A stretch of 22,829 nt of DNA from Amoeboradix gromovi X-113 (GCA_018985225.1 JADGIF010000078.1:1-22829), one strand, 5' to 3'. Shown: positions 1-10,885, numbered from the stretch's first letter. Numbers and translations: made by a program. Notes: generated from the letters alone by a model not told the origin.

Positions 1-562
1 TCCATAAAGTAATAAAGCTGAAATAATGTTCCAAGTTGTTACAGAAAGTTAGTCCAGTTTTTATATTTGATGTCCCACATGTTTAACTTGCAGATGCGTC
101 ATTACATTCCACCTATGTCTTCCCTCAGACGGTTTTTCATTTTGCGACCATTTTCTGAGTTAATAAGAACCTATCCATAGCCACTAAGTGATTTCCTTGG
201 ATCTAGATATCCTGACTATAATGATTTAGAGATTGGTATCATGGATGAGAAGAACTGCATGTCATGTTATTCAAGTGGGAATTGCAGTAAGAAGGAAAAT
301 TGGATTTTAAAATTCATACAGTCACGATAATCCTTTTTTAAGTTGAATCGAAAAGTTACCTTTAGTTCTCAACAATGATTTGAGCTTCATCTTGAGGACT
401 CATGAAGCATTATTGTGAAATGTTGCATGGACATAGAGATGCACTTAGATTACTTAAGCCTCGTAATGACATACGGTTTGAAGCTCAGGCAGACTCGCTT
501 GTAGATCTGAAATTAAAATGATAAAGTAACCAACTTTAAAAGTTTATTGTGCCAGAGCAGCT

Positions 563-925
563 TTAGCGGGATCCTTTCAAAAAAGCACCCAAAAATCCCT
601 CTGGAAGTTTTTCCGATTCTTTTTTTGCTTCCAAGTATCGCGCAATTAGCCTGTTTACATGAGTTGGTTGTTTCCATACCATCAGAGTCTCTCTTAATTC
701 CATTTGGCCCTTAGTTAGTGCCGCATCTAGTTCTTTACCGGTAGCATGACTATTCTCATCGAACAAAAATCTCATTGTTTTTCTTACCACACTCGGTGGA
801 TAGCTTATGCTATAAATTTTACAGATATTCTCAGAATTCCTGATGCATTCTTTATACAGGGCCTGCACGCGCTTCTTTTGGTCCAAAGCCGATTTTGAAG
901 CTCTGGTGAATGTTGGTAATGTCAT
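563..925 (-). CDS. NDUFA6: Mitochondrial complex I accessory subunit B14/NB4M (LYRM6), 120 aa
   Basis: LYR-family motif (RVQALYKECIR) and the C-terminal KGQMELRETLMVWKQPTHV typical of NDUFA6. AATAAA lies 14 nt after the TAA stop. Confidence 0.88.
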   Translation of the reverse strand: MTLPTFTRASKSALDQKKRVQALYKECIRNSENICKIYSISYPPSVVRKTMRFLFDENSHATGKELDAALTKGQMELRETLMVWKQPTHVNRLIARYLEAKKESEKLPEGFLGAFLKGSR

Positions 926-1092
926 GGAGATTGTTTTAAAACTTATTCTGAAAAAAAGGCTAAATTTTAATTACCTTATTCTGGATATGCAGACACTTAA
1001 CCGTTTTAGAACTAAGATAATAATGGCCCTTGCATATCCTATTTATTGGGTATTCGTATACTTGAGAATAATCGGAGAATCGGGATAAAACA
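926..1092. promoter_or_regulatory. Probable bidirectional promoter shared by NDUFA6 and ATP1
   Basis: Only 167 bp separate the two divergent ATGs (925 on -, 1093 on +). Confidence 0.5.
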
Positions 1093-2668
1093 ATGCTTTC
1101 AAGAGTAACGAGCTTGGTACGTTTGCAAAAACCGAAAGCAGCAGAATTGACAGGTATATTAGAAAGTAGAATTGTCGGTAACCAACCTGAGCTACAGGAA
1201 AGTGGTAGAGTTTTAAGCATCGGAGATGGTATTGCTCGTGTATATGGTCTCAAAAATGTGCAAGCAGAAGAAATGGTGCAGTTTAGCAGCGGCTTACAAG
1301 GGATGGCTTTAAATCTTGAGGCGGATAATGTTGGTATTGTAGTTTTTGGTAATGATCGTTTAATTAAAGAAGGCGATACTGTTAAGAGAACTGGCCATAT
1401 CGTCGATGTACCTACAGGACCCGGATTACTCGGAAGAGTTGTGGATGCTCTTGGTAATCCAATTGATGGTAAAGGGCCTGTTAAAAGCGCTGAACGTCGT
1501 CGTGTTCAATTAAAGGCTCCCGGAATCATCCCTAGAAAAAGTGTTCATGAACCTATGCAAACTGGTATCAAATGTATTGATTCTATGGTTCCAATTGGCA
1601 GAGGTCAAAGAGAACTAATTATCGGTGACCGTCAAACTGGTAAAACAGCTGTTGCACTTGATACCATTCTGAATCAAAAGGTATGGAATTCTGGTGCTGA
1701 TGAATCTAAGAAGTTGTACTGTGTGTATGTTGCTATTGGTCAAAAGAGATCCACAGTTGCTCAGTTTGTACAAACATTGGAAGAGAATGATGCTCTTAAA
1801 TATACAATTGTTGTGGCTGCAACTGCTTCTGAAGCTGCTCCATTACAGTTCTTGGCTCCTTATGCTGGTTGTGCCATGGGCGAATGGTTTAGAGACAACA
1901 AAAGACATTCCTTAATCATCTATGATGATTTGAGTAAGCAAGCCGTGGCATATCGTCAAATGTCCTTGCTATTAAGAAGACCACCTGGTAGAGAAGCTTA
2001 TCCTGGTGATGTGTTCTATTTACATTCTCGTTTATTAGAGAGAGCAGCTAAAATGAACGATGAATTCGGTGCTGGATCATTAACTGCGTTACCAGTCATT
2101 GAGACTCAAGGTATTTCGTATTAACTTAGGTGGAGATGTGAGTGCCTATATTCCTACAAATGTTATTTCTATTACAGATGGTCAAATCTTCTTAGAAGCG
2201 GAACTATTTTTCAAGGGAGTTAGACCAGCTATTAACGTTGGTTTAAGCGTTAGTAGAGTAGGTAGTGCAGCTCAGGTTAAAGCAATGAAACAAGTCGCGG
2301 GATCTCTTAAACTGTTTTTAGCCCAGTATCGTGAAGTAGCTGCATTTGCCCAGTTTGGTAGTGATTTAGACGCAAGTACTCAATTCTTATTGAATAGAGG
2401 AGCAAGACTAACTGAATTATTGAAGCAAGACCAGTACAAACCGTTACCTGTTGAAGAGCAAGTCAGCTTGATCTATTGCGGTGTTAATGGATTCTTGGAT
2501 AAAGTTGAGACAAAGAGAGTTACTGAATTTGAAAAGTCATTCTTGCCGTACATGAGAACTTCTGGAAAAGGAGTATTGGACAGCATCAAAGCTAAAGGTC
2601 AGTTGGACAAGACAATTGAAGGTGAGTTGAAGTCATCTATTGATGCGTTCTTTAAAACATGGCAATAG
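1093..2668 (+). CDS. ATP1: Mitochondrial F1 ATP synthase alpha subunit, nuclear-encoded; exons 1093-2110 and 2130-2668; 518 aa
   Basis: [10 protein letters not shown], Walker A GDRQTGKT and [26 protein letters not shown] are present. Removing 2111-2129 restores the conserved [22 protein letters not shown]. The N-terminus is short, Arg/Ser-rich and presequence-like. Confidence 0.98.
2111..2129 (+). other. 19-nt spliceosomal intron in ATP1 (phase 1)
   Basis: gtatttcgtattaacttag; GT..AG; excision restores the frame and the conserved residues. Confidence 0.95.
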
Positions 2669-3020
2669 GAAAGATAAATAAATCTAATTTGTTATAATGA
2701 CTCCAATTGCAAAAATTGAATATTAGCTGCGAGCTTAATTGAATTAAGCATTGATCGTGATTAAGTCAGTTATGTCACTTTATTGTCCTCTCTTTTTAAC
2801 CATACAAATTAGTACATTCAGAAAAGGGTCTAAAATAAATTTATCGTCCAAAGAAATGGGAAAAACATTGGCGTAATGTAATTTAACATTGACTTCTGGC
2901 ACGCCTAAAAGGTCTGGCACTCCGAAGAGAAGTACTTAGACAAAGCGAGATGATTACAATAGAGTATTTGACGTAGTAAAAATAACCTCATTAACTAAAA
3001 ACGTTAATTTATTGAAGATA

Positions 3021-3881
3021 TCATTTTACGTCAGTGGTTCCGCTTCCAGAAGTGCCAAACGTAGTAAATACTTTTTCAGTAGAGGTAGCATCCAGAGATG
3101 GCCAAGAGCCACCAACCTTTTTCTCTAACGTCAATTCGATTTTAGTTTTCAAAATTTTCATTTTAGAATCAGAAGGAACGATTTCGTCATGAAGTTCAAC
3201 ATGAAAGTACACACCAGGAGCATTAAGAGTTATGCTGAAGGGATTAAAAAGTACCTTGCACGAATCGCTGTCGACATTCTTTGCAAACACACTAACATGC
3301 ATCTGTCGCATAGATTGATACCAGTCATGCCTGGCTGGTTTTACAGAAGGCGTATACATATGATTACCAGTAGTACAGCCTTTTATTTTAACAAACTCAT
3401 CAAATTCAAGCACTTTACGTTTGCAGCAGTTGTACCCTTTAGAACCTTCGTGAAATATTGCTATCCCTTTATGGAATTGACAGTCTTTAGGATCCCCGTC
3501 ATATTCATATGAACATCCTAATCTTTGACATCTCATACCTATCTTAGGTATAAAATCAGCAGGGTCCTCTTTGATTTCTAGACTACTTTTATTAGCAACC
3601 GTTGTTGGAATTAAAGAGTTTGCTGGCGTCTTGATACTTTCTACTTTAGGTTTATCGGCAGCAGATACTCGAGATGGCAAAACCTTGCTCTCACTCTCAA
3701 CTTCTCTTTCCTGATGCTGACCTGATTGACAACCTTCAATTTTAAGAAAGTCATCGAAATCAATAACTCTTTTCTCGCAGCAAGTGTACCCTTTTAAACC
3801 ATCATGAAATACCGGTTTACCTGGATGAAATATACATTTATCGTCTGATGGAGATTTGCATTTTACACAAACAGCTGTCAT
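3021..3881 (-). CDS. CHORDC1: CHORD-domain Hsp90 co-chaperone (two CHORD zinc domains plus a CS domain), 286 aa
   Basis: Two repeats of C..H.G...FH(D/E)G.KGY.CC.....FD.F.KI.GC..G.H, followed by a CS domain (RHDWYQS...KIELTLEK...WPSL). Confidence 0.93.
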   Translation of the reverse strand: MTAVCVKCKSPSDDKCIFHPGKPVFHDGLKGYTCCEKRVIDFDDFLKIEGCQSGQHQEREVESESKVLPSRVSAADKPKVESIKTPANSLIPTTVANKSSLEIKEDPADFIPKIGMRCQRLGCSYEYDGDPKDCQFHKGIAIFHEGSKGYNCCKRKVLEFDEFVKIKGCTTGNHMYTPSVKPARHDWYQSMRQMHVSVFAKNVDSDSCKVLFNPFSITLNAPGVYFHVELHDEIVPSDSKMKILKTKIELTLEKKVGGSWPSLDATSTEKVFTTFGTSGSGTTDVK

Positions 3882-4568
3882 GAGGGGTATTCAATCTTGT
3901 GAGACATTTGAGACGTCATTAATAAAAAGTAGACCAGGCATATGAATCAATAGGTTTTTCGAATATTCTACATCTAACTTGTGTTTCGCGAAAGCTGAAA
4001 GTGATGTAAGAGCAGTTAGATAAGCACAACTCATGCAAGACAATCACTTTACTGCATTCCCACAAACTTTTCAACGCAATCGGTAATTGTGGAACAAAAT
4101 ATAAATTTATGCTATATCTAAAATGAACGAGATTATCATTGTTACAAATACCTTTAGAGTTGCAGTCAGTATATGAGAGACCATTTGATGCTATTTACTG
4201 GCATTTAAAGAAAGAAACAGATCGCTTGTTGGATTACAAACCTCATGAATTACACTTCAAAAAACGCAGCTTATAAAAGCTACCAGACCATTGCAGTCAA
4301 CATCGTGTTCAACAGAGAGGGTTTGGTATATGCGTAATTTGTTCTACAGAGGATTTTGACAAAGCATATGTAATACGATGGTAGAGAAAGAGCGCTGTAA
4401 GAATTAGTTCACTAGAATTAGGTTGGATTTTCTTGTGTAATCTCTCATAACTGTACATGGAGAGATACACTTACCATCTAATTTTATACAAACGCCTAGT
4501 TTGGTGGATTCATTTTGATCAAATATCATCAAAGATAAATAAAATAAGATAAATAGATAAAGTATTTA

Positions 4569-7500
4569 TTATATATCCTGCAATGCAGCCAGCTTGTAAT
4601 AAGATCCACCTCGCTCATATAAATCAATATGGGTTCCCTGCTCTATTATTCTTCCATTTTCCACCACGCATATCTTATCACAGTGCTCCACACTACTCAG
4701 CTTGTGCGACACTATAATTACTGTGGTATCAAGCTGATCAATTACATCCATAAGCATGTCTTCGTTTTCCTGGTCCAAGGCACTCAGTGCTTCGTCCAAA
4801 ATAAGCAGCTTAGGTCTTCGTATCAATATCCTACCTAAGAGGAGTCTTTGAAGTTGCCCACCACTCACAGAATTTGCATCTATCATTGTCTGCTCCTTTA
4901 ATGGTAGCTTGTTGATCCAATCCCAAAGATTCACCAATTTCATGGTTGGCATAATGTCCTGATCCGGCATGCCTAGAAGTATGTTTTCTTTAATAGTATC
5001 TCTGAACAGCCCATCTCTGCTAATAAATAACACGCTGTTTCTTAACCCATTCAAATCCCATTCCTGAGCATTGATGTGATCGATATAAACCATCCCTTTG
5101 TTTGGGTCATACAGCCTTAAAAGCAACTTTGCAATCGTCGTCTTTCCACTGCCGCTCTGACCGACTATCCCAATCTTTTGCTTCTCTTGAATGATCAAAT
5201 TAGCATGAGTGAGAGCATTCTCGTTTCTACCAGCGTATTTAAAGCTAACATTATCTAGCTCGGCACTGCCCTGTATATCTACTGGAATGCTACCCCCGCT
5301 AAATGAGATGCTCGGTGAGCTCTCTAACAAATCAAAGAATCTCTCAGCACTGTCTGTCGCCTGTAAAAATGTTCTATAAACATTCAGCAACGAGTCAATA
5401 GATGAACTGCTCATTAGTATGATAAAAAGCGGCTGTATAAGCTGTTCTATACCTATCATATTGTAGTAAATCAAAATATAGCCAATGTAGAATATAATTG
5501 GGAACAAAAACTCTCTTAGGCTAGATATCAGTCCATCAAAAAGTCCTATGACAAACAGCATATACAGAACCAGTTTGCGCTGACTTTCTATCAATTCATC
5601 GTACTTCTGCAATATGTGCTCATGGCAATTTAATGACCTTAAAATTCGAATATTGCCCAAACAATCCCCAACCAGTCCACTTGCTTCTATTTTCTTCAAC
5701 ACTAACTTGTCGTTGTATCTTTTAGCTATCTGGCTGGTGTAATAACTGCCAACACTCAAAATCACTAAAAATGCGCAACAAACGCTTCCGATAATTGGAC
5801 TAACAAGCAAAGCAAATATAAAACCTCCAAAAAAGGTCACCAAGTTTTGTAATACCTGTACAAACAAGCTACCACTGCTTTGTTCAATTCTTTGTAAGTC
5901 CTCTTCTATCCTGCTTTGCAGCTGCGCACTCCCATTTACAGGGTCATCAAAGTATTGCATATCCTGGTACAACAACGACTTGAATATTGCTGGCAGAAAT
6001 TTAGTGCTAAATGACGCCGACATATAACTGAGAAAATATGTGGTGGTACCTAGCCCTATGAATGCAGATAGAGCTATGTACAAGTAATAAAGACAGTACT
6101 GGTCGATTGTTGCTCTATCTTCTGGATGTCCCAGATATGTAAGAATTGATGAAAAGAGAAACCCCGTTACTGGCATTATCAACCCAAATATTAGCGACCC
6201 TACCAATCCTATACCAAACATCCATGGCTTGTGGTATACTTGCTTAGTCATGTACTTCAGCACGGGGTTTTTTATCGTTGACTTTTTCAATATTTTGGTT
6301 AAATTAATTTTAGAGACACTTTGACTTATAGGAAGCTCATCCAGTTTTAACAAATTGTTGCTAGATGCTGATTTGCTTTTGGGCATGTTAAAAGATTGGC
6401 CCTGCACCAGCTCATTAAAATATCCTTGCTCTGCCACGAGTTCATCGAATGTACCATGCTCCACAATCTCCCCGTTCTTAAATACGTGAATCACATCACT
6501 GTGCTTAATGCTGCTAATTCTATGACTAACCTGAATACACGTTTTTTCCTGACTAATCATGTCAATAGTCGATTGGACCACTTGCTCAGATATCGAATCC
6601 AGCGCACTCGTAGCTTCGTCAAAAAGCAAAATAGGTGGATCCGTGATTAGTGATCTGGTTATAGCTACCCTCTGTTTCTGTCCTTGGCTCATTGCTACGC
6701 CTTTCTCGCCAACCATTGTAAAATATCCTTTTGGCAGTTTTACGATGAAATCATGAGCATGCGCCTTGGTGCTGCAGGTTATTACATTTTCCATTATTTT
6801 ACTAGGTATCTTTGTATCATAAATACCAAATGGTAGTAAAATGTTCTGAATTACAGTCAAATTAAATAACTTCGGATTTTGTTCCACAAGTCCAAATTTT
6901 CGTCGAATGTATTGTGGATCTAATTCCCTTAATTCATTTCCGTCTATGTATACATGACCATGATAGTCATAGTACTTCAACAGTATATTCAGCACGGTGG
7001 ATTTCCCACTGCCACTCTCCCCTACGAATGCGATGTTCTGTCCCGGTTTGATAGTAAACGATATGTTCCTCAATGCGTATTCATCTCTGTTTGGGTATCT
7101 GAATGAGACGTCTTTAAACTCGATAACACCTATGAATTCCGATGGCTTCTTAAGTACAGGCGGATCTGTATATGCCATCACCGGTTTTAGTCTATTCCAG
7201 GCCCCTAGACCTCTAAAAACACCCTGAACTGTCATTGGTAGACTTCCGAATGCTTGAAATGCATTCATTATCACTGTGTATATTGTAATGGCTTCTGCAA
7301 CTGTTATCCTTCCGTTCTCAACCTGCAAGCTAGCATAGTATAAACTAAGACCAGTGGCACCATATATTATAAACATACAGGACCCGCTTGCAAATCCTAG
7401 CATCAGACTGGTCTTTTTTGCAATATTTAACAATTTGAGCAGAATATCTTCATACTGCATGTAAATATAGTTTTGGCAATTAAATGTCATTATTGTGGTT

Positions 7501-8627
7501 ATGTTGGTGATAGCATCTCCTAGTATATGACTAGCACGTGCCTTGTATTCCACTTCTAAAAATCCTACCTTTTTATAGAAGAACATCATCATAACAAACA
7601 AGAGTAAAAGCAGAGGAATTATAGTCAGCTGAACCAATGTCGTCTGATAGTCAAATATGAATGCAATTGTAAATGATGTAATTATGCTCGTAATGTTATT
7701 GACAAATTGACATAATAATAACCCAACTTGCTCAATTTCACTGACACTGGAGAGCAAAGAAGGAATCCCTAGTGCGTTCTTGTCGTTCTCTTTCCCAACT
7801 GGTGAGTTTGGAGTACGTAGCGGAGGTAAGTCCTTGGGATTAAAATCTTTGGGTAAATTATTAACATCAAAGTCGTTGGGCAGTTTGCGCAAAATATCTT
7901 GAGGAATTGGTGGCAGATTTTGAATGTCAAAGTCTGCTGGTAGCCCATGCTTAATTAAAAGATCCTTTGGAATAGGTGGCATTTTGGAGATATCAAATCC
8001 AGGTGGTAATTGAGCGAGTAGCTCTGGCGGCATTGGTGGCAAAGACATGTCTGGTTGTTTTAATATAAGAGGTGAGTTATCACTTTCCGTAAATTCTACT
8101 TCTTGCAAACCCATTGATTTTCTTTTTAGATTAGCTCGATCATGTTGACGCAATAGCTCTGATCTTTCCATCTCGGCTAGTTTAGACTGATCAGGCATAT
8201 CGCCGTAATCAAAAAGATTCTTGTTACCTTTGGGCGCGGGGCGAAGTAGAGGAACTTTGGCTGTGTCATCACTTAAATGGGTTTTGGGTGGTGGGGCACT
8301 ATTACCTTGCATTTCAGAGAACCAAGCCATTTCTTTGAGCAACAGAGATTTGCTCAGTCTAAGGCGAAGCTGCTTACCCAAATCAAAGTTTACTACCAGG
8401 ATGATTTTACCAATGTAGAATACGGTGAAATTAAAGCAACCTAATCCTACCATGTAGAGCAGTGGAGAGAGATCTTTCAGACCTTCTTTTCCGGACAGAA
8501 AGTTCTCAATAATTTTACCAAAGTAGATTTGGAAAACAGGACCAACTACACCTGTTAGTAAGTTACAAATAAGTGCAATTGCTAGATATACTTTGAGATA
8601 AGTGAAGCTGCCCTCAAGAAGTGTCAT
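4569..8627 (-). CDS. Full-length ABCB (P-glycoprotein/MDR-like) transporter, TMD-NBD-TMD-NBD, with a long Pro-rich insert; 1352 aa
   Basis: Two NBDs (GESGSGKS...ILLFDEATSALD; GQSGSGKT...SGGQ...LLILDEALSALD) and two hydrophobic TMDs. AATAAA overlaps the stop. Confidence 0.93.
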   Translation of the reverse strand: MTLLEGSFTYLKVYLAIALICNLLTGVVGPVFQIYFGKIIENFLSGKEGLKDLSPLLYMVGLGCFNFTVFYIGKIILVVNFDLGKQLRLRLSKSLLLKEMAWFSEMQGNSAPPPKTHLSDDTAKVPLLRPAPKGNKNLFDYGDMPDQSKLAEMERSELLRQHDRANLKRKSMGLQEVEFTESDNSPLILKQPDMSLPPMPPELLAQLPPGFDISKMPPIPKDLLIKHGLPADFDIQNLPPIPQDILRKLPNDFDVNNLPKDFNPKDLPPLRTPNSPVGKENDKNALGIPSLLSSVSEIEQVGLLLCQFVNNITSIITSFTIAFIFDYQTTLVQLTIIPLLLLLFVMMMFFYKKVGFLEVEYKARASHILGDAITNITTIMTFNCQNYIYMQYEDILLKLLNIAKKTSLMLGFASGSCMFIIYGATGLSLYYASLQVENGRITVAEAITIYTVIMNAFQAFGSLPMTVQGVFRGLGAWNRLKPVMAYTDPPVLKKPSEFIGVIEFKDVSFRYPNRDEYALRNISFTIKPGQNIAFVGESGSGKSTVLNILLKYYDYHGHVYIDGNELRELDPQYIRRKFGLVEQNPKLFNLTVIQNILLPFGIYDTKIPSKIMENVITCSTKAHAHDFIVKLPKGYFTMVGEKGVAMSQGQKQRVAITRSLITDPPILLFDEATSALDSISEQVVQSTIDMISQEKTCIQVSHRISSIKHSDVIHVFKNGEIVEHGTFDELVAEQGYFNELVQGQSFNMPKSKSASSNNLLKLDELPISQSVSKINLTKILKKSTIKNPVLKYMTKQVYHKPWMFGIGLVGSLIFGLIMPVTGFLFSSILTYLGHPEDRATIDQYCLYYLYIALSAFIGLGTTTYFLSYMSASFSTKFLPAIFKSLLYQDMQYFDDPVNGSAQLQSRIEEDLQRIEQSSGSLFVQVLQNLVTFFGGFIFALLVSPIIGSVCCAFLVILSVGSYYTSQIAKRYNDKLVLKKIEASGLVGDCLGNIRILRSLNCHEHILQKYDELIESQRKLVLYMLFVIGLFDGLISSLREFLFPIIFYIGYILIYYNMIGIEQLIQPLFIILMSSSSIDSLLNVYRTFLQATDSAERFFDLLESSPSISFSGGSIPVDIQGSAELDNVSFKYAGRNENALTHANLIIQEKQKIGIVGQSGSGKTTIAKLLLRLYDPNKGMVYIDHINAQEWDLNGLRNSVLFISRDGLFRDTIKENILLGMPDQDIMPTMKLVNLWDWINKLPLKEQTMIDANSVSGGQLQRLLLGRILIRRPKLLILDEALSALDQENEDMLMDVIDQLDTTVIIVSHKLSSVEHCDKICVVENGRIIEQGTHIDLYERGGSYYKLAALQDI
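7821..8043 (-). repeat. About 3.5 imperfect ~21-23 aa Pro-rich protein repeats inside the ABCB insert
   Basis: LPPMPPELLAQLPPGFDISK / MPPIPKDLLIKHGLPADFDIQN / LPPIPQDILRKLPNDFDVNN / LPKDFNPKDLPP. Confidence 0.8.
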
Positions 8628-8886
8628 TCGGATGAGTAGAAGGGTGGCTTTTACTTAACACTTTTGAATGTTACATTAATGGAACGAGGCTAGATGTTTT
8701 AACTTAGACACCCGTTCAGTTGCCCAAATGATTTTAGATATAGTGTAAAACCAATACGATACTATGTTCTATCGCCGTGATTGTTTAAATAGTAACTCAA
8801 GTCAACTGCATCCAATTTTAACGATTAATATTTTTTGATCGACTCCTTGATACAGTCAAGAATTGTCCTTTGAATTTTATTTTAGA

Positions 8887-10093
8887 ATGAATTTAGACTG
8901 GCAATGCGTTCAATGCTTCGGTGAAAAAAATGAGGATTCTTACACAGAATCTGATATAATAAGTGCCATTCAGTTTAATAAAAGTGGAGAATACTTGGCT
9001 ACGGGAGACAGGGGAGGTCGAGTAGTCTTGTTTAGGCAACAAAAAGGCACCAAACAACAGCAATTTAAAGAGTATCAATTCTACACTGAATTTCAAAGTC
9101 ATGAGCCCGAATTCGATTATTTAAAATCCCTTGAAATTGAAGAGAAAATAAACAAACTTAAGTGGCTCCCTTATAATACCAATGGCAATTTTCTGTTGAG
9201 TACCAATGATAAAACTATAAAACTATGGAAAATTTACGAGAAAGGTGAGCCTTCTGTTATTGCAGCACAGCCCAAAAAATCCTTTCAACATGCGCATGCA
9301 TATCACATTAACAGTATCAGTGTAAATAGCGATGGTTGTACATTCCTCAGTGCCGATGATTTACGAGTGAATTTATGGGATTTGAGTCACCCAGATAAAT
9401 CTTTTAATATTGTAGATATGAAGCCTCCAAATATGGAGGAGTTAACGGAAGTCATTACTGCTGCTCAGTTCCATCCTATCTCTTGCAATCTTCTAGCTTA
9501 CGCAATTTCTAGAGGATGCATCAAACTGTGTGATATGCGTCAAAATGCTTTGTTGGATCAAAATGCTACCAATTTTGGAGAAGAAGAGGACCCAGCAGCT
9601 AGAACATTCTTCAGCGAAATCATATCCAGCATTTCTGATGTGCAGTTCTCACCTGATGGCAATTATCTGTTGGCAAGAGATTACTTGCATCTAAAGATCT
9701 GGGATGTTCGCAACAACTCAAAACCTGTTAATTCTATCGCTATTCACGATCAGCTGCGTTCCAAACTGTGTGACTTATATGAAAATGACTGTATTTTTGA
9801 CAAATTTGAATGTACTTGGTCGGGTGATTCTGAATATTGTTTAACTGGTTCATACAGCAATTATTTCCATATATATGGGGCACATACAGGCGCAGAAACG
9901 GTATTACAAGCAGATAAAGTGGCATTTAAACAGAGAAAGATGAAGAAGAAGACGACTGGTATTTTAAACTAATTAAGTGAGCAAGGAAATGGACTTTTCA
10001 AAGAAAATGCTATACGCAAGCTGGCACCCAAATGAAAACACTTTGGCAGTTGCTGCTACCAATAATTTGTTCATTTTTAACGCACCAAAGTAG
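8887..10093 (+). CDS. CDC55: PP2A regulatory subunit B55 (WD40); exons 8887-9958 and 9978-10093; 395 aa
   Basis: [31 protein letters not shown] and [13 protein letters not shown] are present. Splicing 9959-9977 adds the conserved C-terminus [29 protein letters not shown], ending at TAG 10091-10093. Confidence 0.96.
9959..9977 (+). other. 19-nt spliceosomal intron in CDC55/B55 (phase 1)
   Basis: gtattttaaactaattaag; excision restores the conserved final WD strand region. Confidence 0.92.
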
Positions 10094-10119
10094 AAAAAAA
10101 TAAATAAAATAAATTTAGT

Positions 10120-10464
10120 TTAGTTCAGTAGCTGTTTATTAACTTTTTCAAGAGTAGTGTACATTTCTTTCAATTTCAGTGAAAGTAGAGCATCTTCCTT
10201 TTCTAGCGTCCCCACTATCGATTGTTGTTTTTTCATTTGTTTTTCGAGTCGATGGTATTCCTGTTGAATGTCTTTAGATTTTGCATCTTCATCTTTTATT
10301 CTATCCCTTAACTGATCTAATTCGCATTCTATTTGGCGTATCTTATGAACAAAGGACGTTAAATCCGTTTGAATTTGCTTCAGCATTGGATGGTATAAAC
10401 AAGGAGAAGTTTGGAGTAATTGACTCTTTAACACCTGAATTAACTCGTGTTGTTTATGTAACAT
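10120..10464 (-). CDS. Hypothetical coiled-coil protein (114 aa; start uncertain)
   Basis: Heptad-like Q/K/E/L-rich ORF filling the space between CDC55 and the RRM gene. No family recognised. Confidence 0.5.
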   Translation of the reverse strand: MLHKQHELIQVLKSQLLQTSPCLYHPMLKQIQTDLTSFVHKIRQIECELDQLRDRIKDEDAKSKDIQQEYHRLEKQMKKQQSIVGTLEKEDALLSLKLKEMYTTLEKVNKQLLN

Positions 10465-10885
10465 GCAGTAATAGTACAGAGTCCTCTGAATTTATTCTGC
10501 AAATATATCAAAGAAATTGAATCTGCTGATGGATAGGTGAAGAGTATGAGCCAGTCTGGAAGCCAATTTAAGTAATCGATCATTTTTATGCATCCTTTTA
10601 TCATCACACTGAATGAAAACTTGTGCGTGGGAAAAACTAAGATCTAAAACTTAATAAATAATATGCCCGCATGTGAATAGGCTTGGGCTATTTTCTCACT
10701 CTGAAACCACACAATCAAATATTTACCGGCTGGTTAAAAACTTTTCAAACATTGAATGACCCTGTTTTATATCATTTAATTTGAAGTCGTTAAAAACACT
10801 GGGTTTAAGCAATTTGATTTGATACAACCTGTTGTTGAGGGCACAAAAATATAATCTCAATATATTTCACCTTGAAACATTTCAC

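Noticed and set aside
70-520. + strand frame with sparse stops and a 39-aa ORF near 402-521
   Set aside because: No recognisable motif and no consensus 19-nt intron to join the pieces.
2896-2920. Direct repeat TCTGGCAC x2
   Set aside because: Only two 8-bp copies; not an array or CRISPR, and compatible with chance.
4130-4550. Interrupted + frame starting LSLLQIPLEL (vaguely F-box-like)
   Set aside because: The similarity is too short, there are several stops, and it cannot be supported without a search.
7769-8305. The ABCB insert as an in-frame 537-nt GT..AG intron (GTAATA...CTAG)
   Set aside because: It lacks the TAAY at -8..-5 found in all five real introns, and it stays open for 179 codons with repeats conserved at the protein level.
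8865-8885. 21-nt GT..AG segment just before the CDC55 ATG
   Set aside because: The donor (GTCCTT) and branch position do not fit the consensus, and the protein is complete from ATG 8887.
9245-9265. In-frame 21-nt GTGAG..GCAG inside CDC55
   Set aside because: There is no TAAY branch motif, and removal would shorten an already short conserved region.
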